A stretch of 64,000 bases of DNA from Candidatus Woesearchaeota archaeon (GTDB lineage Archaea > Nanobdellota > Nanobdellia > Woesearchaeales > DSVV01): the NCBI GenBank assembly GCA_018303075.1, contig JAGVYW010000001.1:7156-71155 (forward strand). The letters run 5' to 3'. The translations under genes and the position numbers were made by a program. The notes below the pieces were generated by a model that saw only the letters and a program-made list of their open reading frames with translations, was not told the origin of the DNA and made no database searches. Of this stretch, positions 29,172-38,765 are shown one piece after another. Position 1 is the first letter of the stretch, and every line of letters starts with the position of its first letter.

Positions 29172-30320
29172 TCATCCAATTCTTGAGATAAGGTCATCTT
29201 CATTGTTTTGCTCTTTATCTTCTTTATTTTTATCTTCGTTATATTCCTCTACTTCTTTTTTCTCGACGTATTCTTTCAATTTTGATAAATCTACATCCTT
29301 GAAAATCTCCTGCAATTCTGCTATTTTTGAAATCTTCTCTTTTAGCAATGGCAGATCATGCAATAAAAGATACTTAAGCTTAGGATTAATCGCAAGCACT
29401 TCCATAAAATCTTCATAAATCTCTTCTTCAGCCAATTTCTCTGACAATTGTTGTTTTTTAAAGTTCTCCTCTAATTCCTTAAATACATCAATCTGCACAG
29501 GTTTTTGCTGTATAATTGATGGCTGTGAGAATTGTGATTGTTGCTGTTGTACAACTTCAGCTTCTTTGATTATTGGTTTTGATTGTTTTTGCACAACACT
29601 TTGTCTATCTTCACCTAATTCTTTCTTTCGTATAACTGATATAATCTCATCAATCTGAATATTCTTGAGAAGCATCTGTAATTGTGGATTAGTCTGAGCT
29701 AATGCTTTAAATTGTTCAGAATTCTCAACAATAAGCCGTTTTAATGGTATATTTTTGTCAATTATTGCAAAAGCTTCTTCTTTTGTATATGATGTTGATG
29801 GTAAAGAACTTGTTTTCTGCTGTTGCTGTATTGGAAATTTAGCATACGCATTCTTCAGCATTAATGGCAGATTCTGTTTTAGCACTTTGTACAATTCTTC
29901 CTCTTTTATTTTATCAATATCTCCTTTTTTAAACTCAAACACGTCAATGCCATCATTTTTTTCTCGAGGAATAATATGCAATAAGAAATGCTGGCTTTGC
30001 TGTCCTGCAACAACTCCATTTGCAACAAAAATTATATCACCAAACACTAAAACACCTTCTTTGACAGCTTTTGAGATTTCTTTTATCTTTACACTCAAAT
30101 GCTGAAATGTTTCAGGAGGCAATAATGGAAGAATGGGGTAATGTTCTTTTGGCATTACTAGTGTATGCCCTTTAAATGCTGGATTGATATCAAGAACAGC
30201 AATTATCTTATCATCTTCATATATTTTCTTAGATGGAATCTCTCCTTTAACTATTTTACAAAAAGGACAATTTGCTTTCTGTGCTTCTAATGCTTGCTGT
30301 TGTTCTGGAGTAAGCTGCAT
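29172..30320 (-). CDS. HIT-domain protein with a ~250-aa Gln/Lys/Glu-rich C-terminal extension
   Basis: The HIT fold is supported by CPFCKIV...GHTLVMPKEH and QSQHFLLHIIPR. The remainder is low-complexity. Confidence 0.55.
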   Translation of the reverse strand: MQLTPEQQQALEAQKANCPFCKIVKGEIPSKKIYEDDKIIAVLDINPAFKGHTLVMPKEHYPILPLLPPETFQHLSVKIKEISKAVKEGVLVFGDIIFVANGVVAGQQSQHFLLHIIPREKNDGIDVFEFKKGDIDKIKEEELYKVLKQNLPLMLKNAYAKFPIQQQQKTSSLPSTSYTKEEAFAIIDKNIPLKRLIVENSEQFKALAQTNPQLQMLLKNIQIDEIISVIRKKELGEDRQSVVQKQSKPIIKEAEVVQQQQSQFSQPSIIQQKPVQIDVFKELEENFKKQQLSEKLAEEEIYEDFMEVLAINPKLKYLLLHDLPLLKEKISKIAELQEIFKDVDLSKLKEYVEKKEVEEYNEDKNKEDKEQNNEDDLISRIG

Positions 30321-30393
30321 GGAGGATAAAAAGATGAGAGACTTAATAAAGTTTAGTATTTTCTGAATTCACTTCGTTCATTCAGAAAAATAC

Positions 30394-30732
30394 TTACTTG
30401 ACTTCTTCAGCAATTATAGAATATCCATCATTTGTCTTTATTACTTTTCCTGTAACTGTAATATTCTGTCCTTCAACGAAGCTAAGATTCTCAGCGCCAA
30501 AAAGCGAGACATTAACAAAACACTGCTGAGCTATTGTTAAAAAGTAATTATTGCTTATTTCTCGTGCATTAACAATTGTTCCTTTTACAGCAATTGTTTT
30601 GTCAATATCTTTATCAGAGATTGTTGATATGCTTCTTTCGTCAAGCTTTGCAGTCTTTAGAAAAGCAAATAACAAAATAATACCTATAAAAAAAGTAACA
30701 ATAGCAATTTTAGTTATTGTTGATTCCTGCAT
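30394..30732 (-). CDS. membrane-anchored OB-fold protein
   Basis: An N-terminal TM segment precedes a beta-rich segment IAVKGTIVNAREI...ITVTGKV, typical of tRNA_anti-like OB folds. Confidence 0.35.
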   Translation of the reverse strand: MQESTITKIAIVTFFIGIILLFAFLKTAKLDERSISTISDKDIDKTIAVKGTIVNAREISNNYFLTIAQQCFVNVSLFGAENLSFVEGQNITVTGKVIKTNDGYSIIAEEVK

Positions 30733-30799
30733 CTATCTGATGTTGTTTTATTATATAAATAGTTATTTGTTTTTTGAGCTGTTTTTAGTATAAAGAGAA

Positions 30800-32062
30800 T
30801 TATAATACATCTCCATATAAAGAATATTCATCAACTTTTACTATTTTCACTTTTGGCATCTCTCCTAGTTTAAAATCCCCTTTTACAACAACTTGTTTAT
30901 AAGTATAATTCCTTCCCAACATTGTTTGCGTTCCTTTTTTGCCATAATCATCGATTATAATAATACCCTGCCAACCTATCCATTTCTGATTAATTGATGG
31001 CAATAGTGATTCAAATAATTGCGTAAGTCTTTTTGAACGTCCAGCGATAATCCTTCCATTGTGTTGAGGGAATGCTGCTGCTAATGTTTTTGGACGTGCA
31101 GAATAACGAGAGATATTGATCACATCAAACTGCAATTGTTTGACAACGTCTAATGTTTCATTAAACTGTTCATCTGTCTCATATGGAAACCCACAAATAA
31201 TATCAGTTGCAATAGTTATCTCAGATATTTTCTTCCTTAATTTCTGGACGATTTCAAAAAACTCTTCTTTTGTATAATTTCTTTTCATTGCATTTAATAC
31301 TGCATTATTTCCCGCTTGAATTGGTATATGCAAAAACTTGAACATTTTGGGATGCCTAAATATTTCAGCAAGTTCATTGATATAAAGCTTGAAATGATCA
31401 GGATTACCCATACCTAATCTAACCATAAATGTTCCATCTAATGCTAAAATCTTCTGCAGCAGGATAGGCAATGTACAGCCAATATCTAATCCATAAACAG
31501 CAGTGTCCTGAGAAGTCAGCCAGATTTCTTTGATACCTTGATTAACTGCTGTTTTTATTTGCTGCAATATTGCTTCAGTTTCAAAAGACAGCAGATTAAA
31601 TCGCGCAGCTTTTGTCTTGCAGAAAGTGCAGCTGCCTAAACATCCACGATTAATTGGGATAATTTCAATAATTGGATTTTTTCTTATTTTTGGAAGATTC
31701 AATCGTTGATTGTTTTCTTTCTTTGTTAATATTATTCTATTGCCTTGCAGTGTCTGTTCAACAACATAAGTGATATTATTGATTTGAGTAGTTCCAAGCA
31801 GTGATACTTCCGGCAGCTTTTCTGGATCTGTCTGCGCAATACATCCAGCAATAACAATTGGCTTTTTTGGCAAGGCTTTTAAGCATCTGAAGAAATCTTT
31901 TTCAGTAGCATTTTTTACTGTGCAACTATTTATAACAATCAAATCAGCTTGTTCTGCTGTCTGCACTATCCCATAACCCTCTTTCTGCAATATCCCCTGC
32001 ATAGTTTCAGTATCAGCAACATTGTTTGAACAACCTTGAGTAATAAAAAATATTTTGTGCAT
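30800..32062 (-). CDS. radical-SAM methylthiotransferase, MiaB/MtaB family (archaeal e-MtaB-like)
   Basis: An N-terminal UPF0004/MTTase domain with Cys (FITQGCSNN, VINSCTV) is followed by the radical-SAM motif CLGSCTFC and a C-terminal TRAM-like domain. Confidence 0.75.
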   Translation of the reverse strand: MHKIFFITQGCSNNVADTETMQGILQKEGYGIVQTAEQADLIVINSCTVKNATEKDFFRCLKALPKKPIVIAGCIAQTDPEKLPEVSLLGTTQINNITYVVEQTLQGNRIILTKKENNQRLNLPKIRKNPIIEIIPINRGCLGSCTFCKTKAARFNLLSFETEAILQQIKTAVNQGIKEIWLTSQDTAVYGLDIGCTLPILLQKILALDGTFMVRLGMGNPDHFKLYINELAEIFRHPKMFKFLHIPIQAGNNAVLNAMKRNYTKEEFFEIVQKLRKKISEITIATDIICGFPYETDEQFNETLDVVKQLQFDVINISRYSARPKTLAAAFPQHNGRIIAGRSKRLTQLFESLLPSINQKWIGWQGIIIIDDYGKKGTQTMLGRNYTYKQVVVKGDFKLGEMPKVKIVKVDEYSLYGDVL

Positions 32063-32093
32063 AATCAGTAGTAACTTTAGTTGTTTTTTTAAT

Positions 32094-32285
32094 CTATTCC
32101 TTCTTTACATTAACTGCTTTTGGACCTCTGTCCCCTTGTTCTACATCATATGTAACTGAATCATTATCTTGTAAAGTTACGCCTTCTGCTAAAGCTGTTT
32201 GATGTACAAAAACTTCTTTTCCGTCTTCGCCTGCAATAAATCCAAATCCTTTCATCTGGTTAAAAAATTTTACTGTTCCTTTCAT
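32094..32285 (-). CDS. csp: cold-shock protein (CspA family)
   Basis: The 63-aa protein MKGTVKFFNQMKGFGFI...FVHQTAL carries RNP1/RNP2-like motifs. Confidence 0.85.
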   Translation of the reverse strand: MKGTVKFFNQMKGFGFIAGEDGKEVFVHQTALAEGVTLQDNDSVTYDVEQGDRGPKAVNVKKE

Positions 32286-32401
32286 GTTTAATCCCCATAT
32301 TTAATTTAATCTAATCTTCAGAAACAACTCGACATAGTCAAAAAGCTCTGATTACTCCCTAGAAAAGAGGGTTCCTTTTTAAATGCTTCTGTTTATTGTA
32401 T

Positions 32402-32522
32402 GTGTTTAGCACAATAAGGTCTAAATTCAATCGATTTCTAGACGAGAGCCACGAGAGGATACTCCATCCTGGAACGCAGCTCCTAAGGAAATCTCGTCGA
32501 GAATTTCGAAGGTGCTAAACAC
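32402..32522. ncRNA. candidate structured RNA, 121 nt, closed by an 11-bp terminal helix; 5S-rRNA-sized with a loop-C-like motif (family unassigned)
   Basis: GTGTTTAGCAC at the 5' end is perfectly complementary to GTGCTAAACAC at the 3' end. An internal helix pairs CUAGACGAGA with UCUCGUCGAG. The motif CCAUCCUGGAACGCAG resembles 5S loop C (CCCAUCCCGAACACGG). The overall topology does not fit 5S cleanly, and the element could instead be a structured 5' UTR of the minus-strand csp gene. Confidence 0.3.
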
Positions 32523-32551
32523 ATACCGTGAATCAAAAGCATTTATAAATT

Positions 32552-33010
32552 ATGAATTCTTCCAAAATATTCGGAGTTGATACTATGGCAGTAAAACAAG
32601 GAGATACAGTAAAAGTAGAATATACTGGAACATTTGAGAATGGAGAAATGTTTGATTCTTCAAAAGGCAATGGACCATTGCAGTTTAAAGTTGGCGGGCA
32701 TGAAGTGATAAAAGGTTTTGATGATGCTGTTCTTGGTATGGAAGTAAACCAAGAAAAAAGCATAATAGTCGAACCAAAAGACGGTTATGGAGAACCAAGA
32801 GAAGAATTAAAGCACAGAGTGCCGAAAAATAAAATTCCTGCAGATGTTACTCCACAAGTTGGTCAAACACTTGGCTTGCAAGATCCACAAGAAAGAGTGT
32901 TTCCAATAAAGATTGTTGCTGTTGATGCAGACTCAATCACAATTGATGCAAACCATCCACTGGCTGGTAAAACACTGCATTTTAAGATTAAATTATTGGA
33001 GATTTTGTAA
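32552..33010 (+). CDS. FKBP-type peptidyl-prolyl cis-trans isomerase (short archaeal FKBP/SlyD-like)
   Basis: The FKBP fold is supported by GDTVKVEYTGTFENGEMFDSS...GFDDAVLGMEVNQEK with an insert-in-flap region. Confidence 0.8.
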   Translation: MNSSKIFGVDTMAVKQGDTVKVEYTGTFENGEMFDSSKGNGPLQFKVGGHEVIKGFDDAVLGMEVNQEKSIIVEPKDGYGEPREELKHRVPKNKIPADVTPQVGQTLGLQDPQERVFPIKIVAVDADSITIDANHPLAGKTLHFKIKLLEIL

Positions 33011-33475
33011 TAAGATTTTATTTCTCTTTTTTATTATTGTCTTTTTTATCTTTTCTTTGTTCTCTTTGACTTTTTTTCCAATTTCTAACAAAGGAATAAC
33101 AACAAAATCTCTATTAGACAACCTTGGATGAGGTATTGTCAACTTGCTTGTTTTTATCCTTTTGTTTCCAAAGAATAAGATATCAATATCGATTGTTCGC
33201 GGGCCATTTTTGATTATCTTCTTTCGCTTCATTTTCTTCTCAATAGTCTTAACAAATAATAATAATCTTTGTGGGCTTAGACTTGTTTTTGCTTTTAGTA
33301 CGCAATTATAGAAATTTCTCTGATTAATATAGCCAACTGGTTTTGTTTCATAGAGAGAAGATACTTTTTTAACGACTATCTTCTCATCAAGCAATCTAAT
33401 TGCTTTCAATAGGTTTTTTTTTCTATTGCCAATATTTGAGCCAAGAGCAAGATAAATAATTACCATTTTATTCAC
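32993..33475 (-). CDS. folK: 2-amino-4-hydroxy-6-hydroxymethyldihydropteridine pyrophosphokinase (HPPK)
   Basis: The protein has the HPPK signatures YLALGSNIG, GPRTIDIDILF, and IPHPRLSNRDFVVIPL. Confidence 0.8.
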   Translation of the reverse strand: MNKMVIIYLALGSNIGNRKKNLLKAIRLLDEKIVVKKVSSLYETKPVGYINQRNFYNCVLKAKTSLSPQRLLLFVKTIEKKMKRKKIIKNGPRTIDIDILFFGNKRIKTSKLTIPHPRLSNRDFVVIPLLEIGKKVKENKEKIKKTIIKKRNKILLQNLQ

Positions 33476-34352
33476 TTTTACTGTATTCTTCTAACAGTTG
33501 CACAACTTGCTTATGTTCTTTTATATCGTGTACCCGTAGATAAGAAATTCCTTTAAGCAATGCAATTGTATTCATTGCAATTGTTCCTGGCAATCTCTCC
33601 TGCACATCTGCTCCTGTTATCCTGCCTATAAATGATTTTCTTGATGTACCTAATAATATTGGATAATCTAATGAAATAAAGGCATCAAGATTGCGAATTA
33701 TCTCAAGATTATGTTCAACTGTTTTTCCAAATCCAATCCCTGGGTCTAAAATAATATTCTGCTGTTTGATCCCTGCTTTTTTTGCAAACATTGCTCTTTC
33801 TGCCAGAAATCGTTTAATCTCTGCAATCACATTTTCATATTTTGGTTCATGCTGCATTGTTTGAGAAGTTCCCTGCATATGCATAATAATAACAGTTGCA
33901 TTATATTTTGCAATTACTTTTGTCATTGCTGAATCAGATAATCCTGTGATATCATTAATAATATTTGCTCCTAATTTCAAGCATTCTTCAGCAACAACTG
34001 TTTTATAAGTATCAACAGATATCAAAACAGGCAGATGATTGTCAGCAATATATTGTTTCATTGCTTTTACTACTGGCAATAATCTTTCTAATTCTTGCTC
34101 AGCACTGATTGATACAGCTCCTGGTCTTGAACTTTCTGCGCCAAAATCAAGAATATCAGCTCCATCCTCAATCAACTGAATTGCGTGTTCTATGGCACTT
34201 TCTACTGAAAGATATTTTCCACCGTCATAAAAAGAATCATCAGTAAGATTAATGATTCCAATTAATCTAATTTTTTTTTCTTTTTCTGTTTTTTTTTCCT
34301 TTCTTAGAATTTTTCCCATAATATCCCTGAATAAATTCTTTAAAATCAACAT
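33468..34352 (-). CDS. folP: dihydropteroate synthase
   Basis: The pterin-binding domain shows GIINLTDDSFYDGG and DILDFGAESSRPG. Its 5' end overlaps the upstream gene's 3' end; an internal start such as MGKILRK is likely. Confidence 0.85.
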   Translation of the reverse strand: MLILKNLFRDIMGKILRKEKKTEKEKKIRLIGIINLTDDSFYDGGKYLSVESAIEHAIQLIEDGADILDFGAESSRPGAVSISAEQELERLLPVVKAMKQYIADNHLPVLISVDTYKTVVAEECLKLGANIINDITGLSDSAMTKVIAKYNATVIIMHMQGTSQTMQHEPKYENVIAEIKRFLAERAMFAKKAGIKQQNIILDPGIGFGKTVEHNLEIIRNLDAFISLDYPILLGTSRKSFIGRITGADVQERLPGTIAMNTIALLKGISYLRVHDIKEHKQVVQLLEEYSKSE

Positions 34353-35133
34353 GCAGCTGCTTTGTTATCTTACCAGCCTTGCCTTTACCAACAATAATTG
34401 CATCAATTTTTACAATAGGCACTATTTCCATTGTAGTATTAGTTAAGAAACACTCATCACAACCAATAAGGTCATTCTTCGTCAGTTTTCTTATCTCAAC
34501 TTTAAGATATTTCTCAGCAAGTTTGAGAACAATACTCCTTGTAATACCATCTAATACACGAGGCGAGGTCAATAACTTGCCGTTTTTGATGATATAAAAA
34601 TTACTTGTTGTACATTCTGTAATCTCTTCACCATGAGAAAATAATGCATCAAATGCTTTCTTCTCCTTTGCTTCTCGTGCTGCAAGGATATTAGCCAGAA
34701 AGTTTATTGACTTTATTTTAGGCAATGTTCTAGAATATTTTGAGATTATTAATTCTACACCATTATATAGAGAAACATCATAAGCAATAAATTCTTTTGC
34801 AATAATAAAAAATTGTGATTTGCAATCTTTAACTAATCCCATCTCGCCAATACCGCGAGTAACAGTTAACCTGATATATGCTTCAACAAGCTTATTCTTT
34901 TTGATTGTCTTCTCAATTTCTGTTTTCATCTGCTGTTTTGTTATAGGAATAACTAACTGCATCTGCTTTGCAGAGAGGTATAACCTATTAAGATGTTCAT
35001 CAGCCATAAAGAGTTTGCCATTATAAGTTCTTAGAGTTTCAAACACGCCATCGCCATACAGCAAACCATGATCAAATACAGAAATGCATGCTTTTTCTTT
35101 TGGGATTAGTTTGCCGTTGATGTTTATGTACAT
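34267..35133 (-). CDS. class IV aminotransferase-fold protein, probably 4-amino-4-deoxychorismate lyase (PabC) or branched-chain aminotransferase
   Basis: The fold is supported by GLLYGDGVFETLRTYNGK, EHLNRL, and the folate-gene context. A Lys-rich C-terminal tail overlaps the folP start. Confidence 0.55.
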   Translation of the reverse strand: MYININGKLIPKEKACISVFDHGLLYGDGVFETLRTYNGKLFMADEHLNRLYLSAKQMQLVIPITKQQMKTEIEKTIKKNKLVEAYIRLTVTRGIGEMGLVKDCKSQFFIIAKEFIAYDVSLYNGVELIISKYSRTLPKIKSINFLANILAAREAKEKKAFDALFSHGEEITECTTSNFYIIKNGKLLTSPRVLDGITRSIVLKLAEKYLKVEIRKLTKNDLIGCDECFLTNTTMEIVPIVKIDAIIVGKGKAGKITKQLHVDFKEFIQGYYGKNSKKGKKNRKRKKN

Positions 35134-35211
35134 GATTAAGAAGAGGATTTATTGACTATATAAATTTTTGCTCCATAAGTTTTATTAACCCAAAATAAAA
35201 AACAAGAGAAT

Positions 35212-36354
35212 ATGTGTGAAAAACTTATCTCAATAAGAAACAAATTTATAAAAATCATCTATAAAGGAATATGCAGGCCTATCTTCTTTCGTATTGATCC
35301 AGAGGCTATCCATGATACAATGATTAAAAGAGGAAAGTTTCTTGGGAATTACTCACTAACAAAGAAAATAACAGGATTCTTCTTCTCTTACAAAAACAAA
35401 AAACTGCAGCAAACAATCGCTGGTGTTACATTTCCAAATCCAATTGGATTAGCTGCTGGATTTGATAAGAATGCTGAGCTAACGCAGATTCTTCCTCATG
35501 TATGTTTTGGGCATGTTGAAGTTGGCTCAATTACTGGAGAATCATGCTTTGGCAATCCAAAACCAAGATTATGGAGACTGCCAAAATCACAATCACTCAT
35601 TGTTTATTATGGACTGAAAAACAAAGGCGCAGAAATTATAGCAAAAGAATTAGAACTGCTTAAGCAAAAAGAAAAAAGACTGGTTCCATTAGGGATTAGC
35701 ATCGCAAAAACAAACTGCAAAGAAACTGCTGAAACTTCTGCAGCAATTGCTGATTACTGTAAAGCATATTCATTATTAGAACCACTCTCGGATTATATAA
35801 CTATAAACATCAGCTGCCCAAATGCTTATGGCGGCCAGCCGTTTACAAATGTACATGATTTAGACAAACTTTTGAAAGAAATAGCTAAAATAAAGACAAG
35901 AAATGATATGCCTACTTTTTTAAAACTTTCTCCTGATCTTGCAGATGAAGAACTTGATAAGATAATCGAGGTTTCAAGAAAATATAAGATAACAGGATTT
36001 ATCTGTTCAAACCTGACAAAAAGCAGAGATAATCAAAAAATAATTGAAAAGAATATTCAAACAGCAGGCGGATTATCTGGCAAGATTGTTCAAGACTTAG
36101 CAGACAAACAAATAAGCTATATTTATAAAAAGACAGGCAAAGAGTTTGTTATCATCGGCTGCGGCGGGGTGTTCACAGCAGAAGATGCATACAGAAAAAT
36201 AAAGTTAGGAGCTTCATTGATTCATCTTATTACAGGAATGATATATGAAGGGCCGCAATCAATCAGTGAGATAAATCAAGGTTTAGTAAGATTATTGGAA
36301 AAAGATGGATTAAATAATATTTCTGAGGCTATTGGAAAGGAAATATCATATTAA
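35212..36354 (+). CDS. pyrD: dihydroorotate dehydrogenase, class 2 (quinone-type, bacterial/eukaryotic-like)
   Basis: DPEAIH, FPNPIGLAAGFDKNAE, PRLWRL, and GGLSG match class-2 PyrD along the protein, including the N-terminal extension. Confidence 0.8.
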   Translation: MCEKLISIRNKFIKIIYKGICRPIFFRIDPEAIHDTMIKRGKFLGNYSLTKKITGFFFSYKNKKLQQTIAGVTFPNPIGLAAGFDKNAELTQILPHVCFGHVEVGSITGESCFGNPKPRLWRLPKSQSLIVYYGLKNKGAEIIAKELELLKQKEKRLVPLGISIAKTNCKETAETSAAIADYCKAYSLLEPLSDYITINISCPNAYGGQPFTNVHDLDKLLKEIAKIKTRNDMPTFLKLSPDLADEELDKIIEVSRKYKITGFICSNLTKSRDNQKIIEKNIQTAGGLSGKIVQDLADKQISYIYKKTGKEFVIIGCGGVFTAEDAYRKIKLGASLIHLITGMIYEGPQSISEINQGLVRLLEKDGLNNISEAIGKEISY

Positions 36355-36428
36355 TGACATCACTAAAACTTTCTTTTGATTCTAAATCCTACGGTAATCT
36401 TTATTAACTATAACATTATATAATCTAT

Positions 36429-38738
36429 ATGCGAGGCTTTGTTGTTTATCCAACATATAGAATCATTGAAAATAAAGCATATGTCTACTTATTTGGAAAA
36501 CTAGAAAACGGAGAAAGTTTTTTGGCAATAAATCTTTTTCAACCTTATTTTTATATAAAAGAATCAGATCAAAAAAAAGCAACAGAGATTCAAAAAACAG
36601 AGAAATTTATAATAGAATCAACTAACTTCTCTAATTTCAAAAAAGAACCTATTATCAGGATAATTATTGATGTTCCAAACCAAGTGCCGCCATTAAGAAA
36701 ATTATTTGAGGATAATAAGATCATTACCTATGAAGCAGATATTCGTTTTGCATATAGATTTATGTTTGACCATGATATAAAAGGGTCATTGACTATAAAA
36801 GGAGAATATAAAAAAGGAAACTTTGTGGATAGGATATACGAAAATCCTGAACTTTCAGCTGCAGATGTCTATGAGGCAGAGCTTAAGGTTGTTTCATTAG
36901 ATATTGAGACTAACAGTAGTGCAACTGAAATCTATTGTATTGCATTATCCACAAATAATCATACTGAAGCATATATTACAAGTGAAAAAGAAGTTGATAA
37001 TAAATATACAAAGATATTCAAGGATGAAAAAGCAATGCTTGAATATTTCAAAGAAAGAATACAAGCACTTGACCCAGATATAATTACAGGTTGGAATGTA
37101 ATAGATTTTGATCTGCACGTTTTAAAAGAAAGAATGAAATACTACAAAATACAATTTGTTATAGGCAGGGCAGATTGGGAATGTAAAATACGAATTGAAT
37201 CTGATTTTATGCGCGAATCTTCTGCAGATATTGCAGGAAGACAAGTTTTAGATGGTATTGCGTTATTAAAAAACAATTTTGTTAAACTCAATGATTACAA
37301 ACTTGATACAGCAAGCCAAGAAATCCTTGGCAAGAAGAAAGCAATAGAATTTATAGATAAAAGAGCAGAGATAGAAGCATTTTATAAAATTGACAAGAAA
37401 ACATTGATTGAATATAATATTATTGATACGAAACTAGTGCTGCAGATACTAGACAAAAAGAACTTGATCAATATCACAATCCAACGCTCAATGCTTACAG
37501 GCATGCAGTTAGAGAGAGTTTCTTCATCAATTGCTTCATTAGATTCATTATATCTAAGGGAAACAAAAAAACGAGAAATTGTATGCCCAACTGCGCATAT
37601 TGATGATTCAACAGAAAGAATTAAAGGAGGTTATGTCAGAGATTCTTCACCAGGAATTTATGATTATGTATTAGTGCTTGATTTCAAGAGTCTATATCCA
37701 AGCATTGTTCGTACATTTAATATTGATCCAATCACATTTGATAAAGATGGAGAAATTGAAACTCCGAATGGAGCAAGATTTAGAAATGAAGTAGCAATTC
37801 TGCCTGAACTAATCCAGCATCTCTGGCAGATGAGAGATGCAGCAAAGAAAAAGAAAGATGATGTTGCAAGTTATGCGATTAAAATTACAATGAATAGTTT
37901 CTTTGGGGTTCTGGCCAACCCTGCATGTAGGTTTTATAGTTTAGATGTAGCAAATGCAATTACATCATCTGGAAGACATATTGTGCAGGAAACAGCTGAA
38001 ATGATTGAAAAAAAAGGTTTTCCAGTAATATATGGCGATACTGATTCAACTTTTGTTTTATCAGGAAAAAAGAATGAAAAAGAAACAGAACTTCTTGGCG
38101 AACAGCTGCAGAAAGAGATAAATCATTACTATACACAGCTTGTTAAAGAAAAATATAATAGAACATCTTATTTAGAGCTTGAATTTGATAAAGTATACAA
38201 AAAGTTCATCCTGCCAAAGATTAGAGGCCAGGAAACAGGAGCAAAAAAAAGATATGCTGGATTATTGGTAGAAGATGGAAAGGAAGAAGTTGATATTGTA
38301 GGTCTAGAATTTGTTAGGCGAGACTGGACAGAACTTGCAAAAGTATTCCAGATGGAGCTGCTTAACAGAATATTTAACAATAAAGAAGTGCAGGAATATA
38401 TCAAACAATTTACAAAAGAGGTATTAGCTGGGCAGCATGATGATTTATTAGTATACCGAAAAGCAATCAGAAAAGAAGTTGCTGAGTATACTAAAACAAC
38501 TCCACCTCATGTAAAAGCAGCAAGATTGCTTGGGGATGATTTAGATTCAAATATTATAGAATATGTAATCACAATTGAAGGTCCTGAACCAATACAGAAA
38601 AAACGCCATAAGATAGATTATCAGCATTATATTGACAAGCAGATGAAACCAATTGCAGATTCTATACTCTGTTTCTTTAAAACGTCATTTGATGAATTGA
38701 CAGCGTCAAAGAAGCAGAAAACGCTGTTTAATTATTAG
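36429..38738 (+). CDS. polB: family B DNA polymerase
   Basis: The exonuclease motif LDIETN, the polymerase motif B KITMNSFFG, and motif C YGDTDS are all present in a 769-aa protein. Confidence 0.85.
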   Translation: MRGFVVYPTYRIIENKAYVYLFGKLENGESFLAINLFQPYFYIKESDQKKATEIQKTEKFIIESTNFSNFKKEPIIRIIIDVPNQVPPLRKLFEDNKIITYEADIRFAYRFMFDHDIKGSLTIKGEYKKGNFVDRIYENPELSAADVYEAELKVVSLDIETNSSATEIYCIALSTNNHTEAYITSEKEVDNKYTKIFKDEKAMLEYFKERIQALDPDIITGWNVIDFDLHVLKERMKYYKIQFVIGRADWECKIRIESDFMRESSADIAGRQVLDGIALLKNNFVKLNDYKLDTASQEILGKKKAIEFIDKRAEIEAFYKIDKKTLIEYNIIDTKLVLQILDKKNLINITIQRSMLTGMQLERVSSSIASLDSLYLRETKKREIVCPTAHIDDSTERIKGGYVRDSSPGIYDYVLVLDFKSLYPSIVRTFNIDPITFDKDGEIETPNGARFRNEVAILPELIQHLWQMRDAAKKKKDDVASYAIKITMNSFFGVLANPACRFYSLDVANAITSSGRHIVQETAEMIEKKGFPVIYGDTDSTFVLSGKKNEKETELLGEQLQKEINHYYTQLVKEKYNRTSYLELEFDKVYKKFILPKIRGQETGAKKRYAGLLVEDGKEEVDIVGLEFVRRDWTELAKVFQMELLNRIFNNKEVQEYIKQFTKEVLAGQHDDLLVYRKAIRKEVAEYTKTTPPHVKAARLLGDDLDSNIIEYVITIEGPEPIQKKRHKIDYQHYIDKQMKPIADSILCFFKTSFDELTASKKQKTLFNY

Positions 38739-38762
38739 TATTTGCTTGTTCACTTTGTTCAC
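38736..38762. repeat. 26-nt repeat TAGTATTTGCTTGTTCACTT[T/C]GTTCA (copy 1; second copy at 47466-47492)
   Basis: This is a near-identical 26-mer containing tandem TGTTCAC half-sites. It lies between the convergent polB and alaS 3' ends. Confidence 0.5.
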
Positions 38763-38765
38763 AAT

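Noticed and set aside
32402-32522. Calling this element a bona fide 5S rRNA gene.
   Set aside because: A loop-C-like motif and the right length are present, but the helix II/III/IV/V topology cannot be reconciled with the observed pairings. It is downgraded to an unassigned structured RNA candidate.
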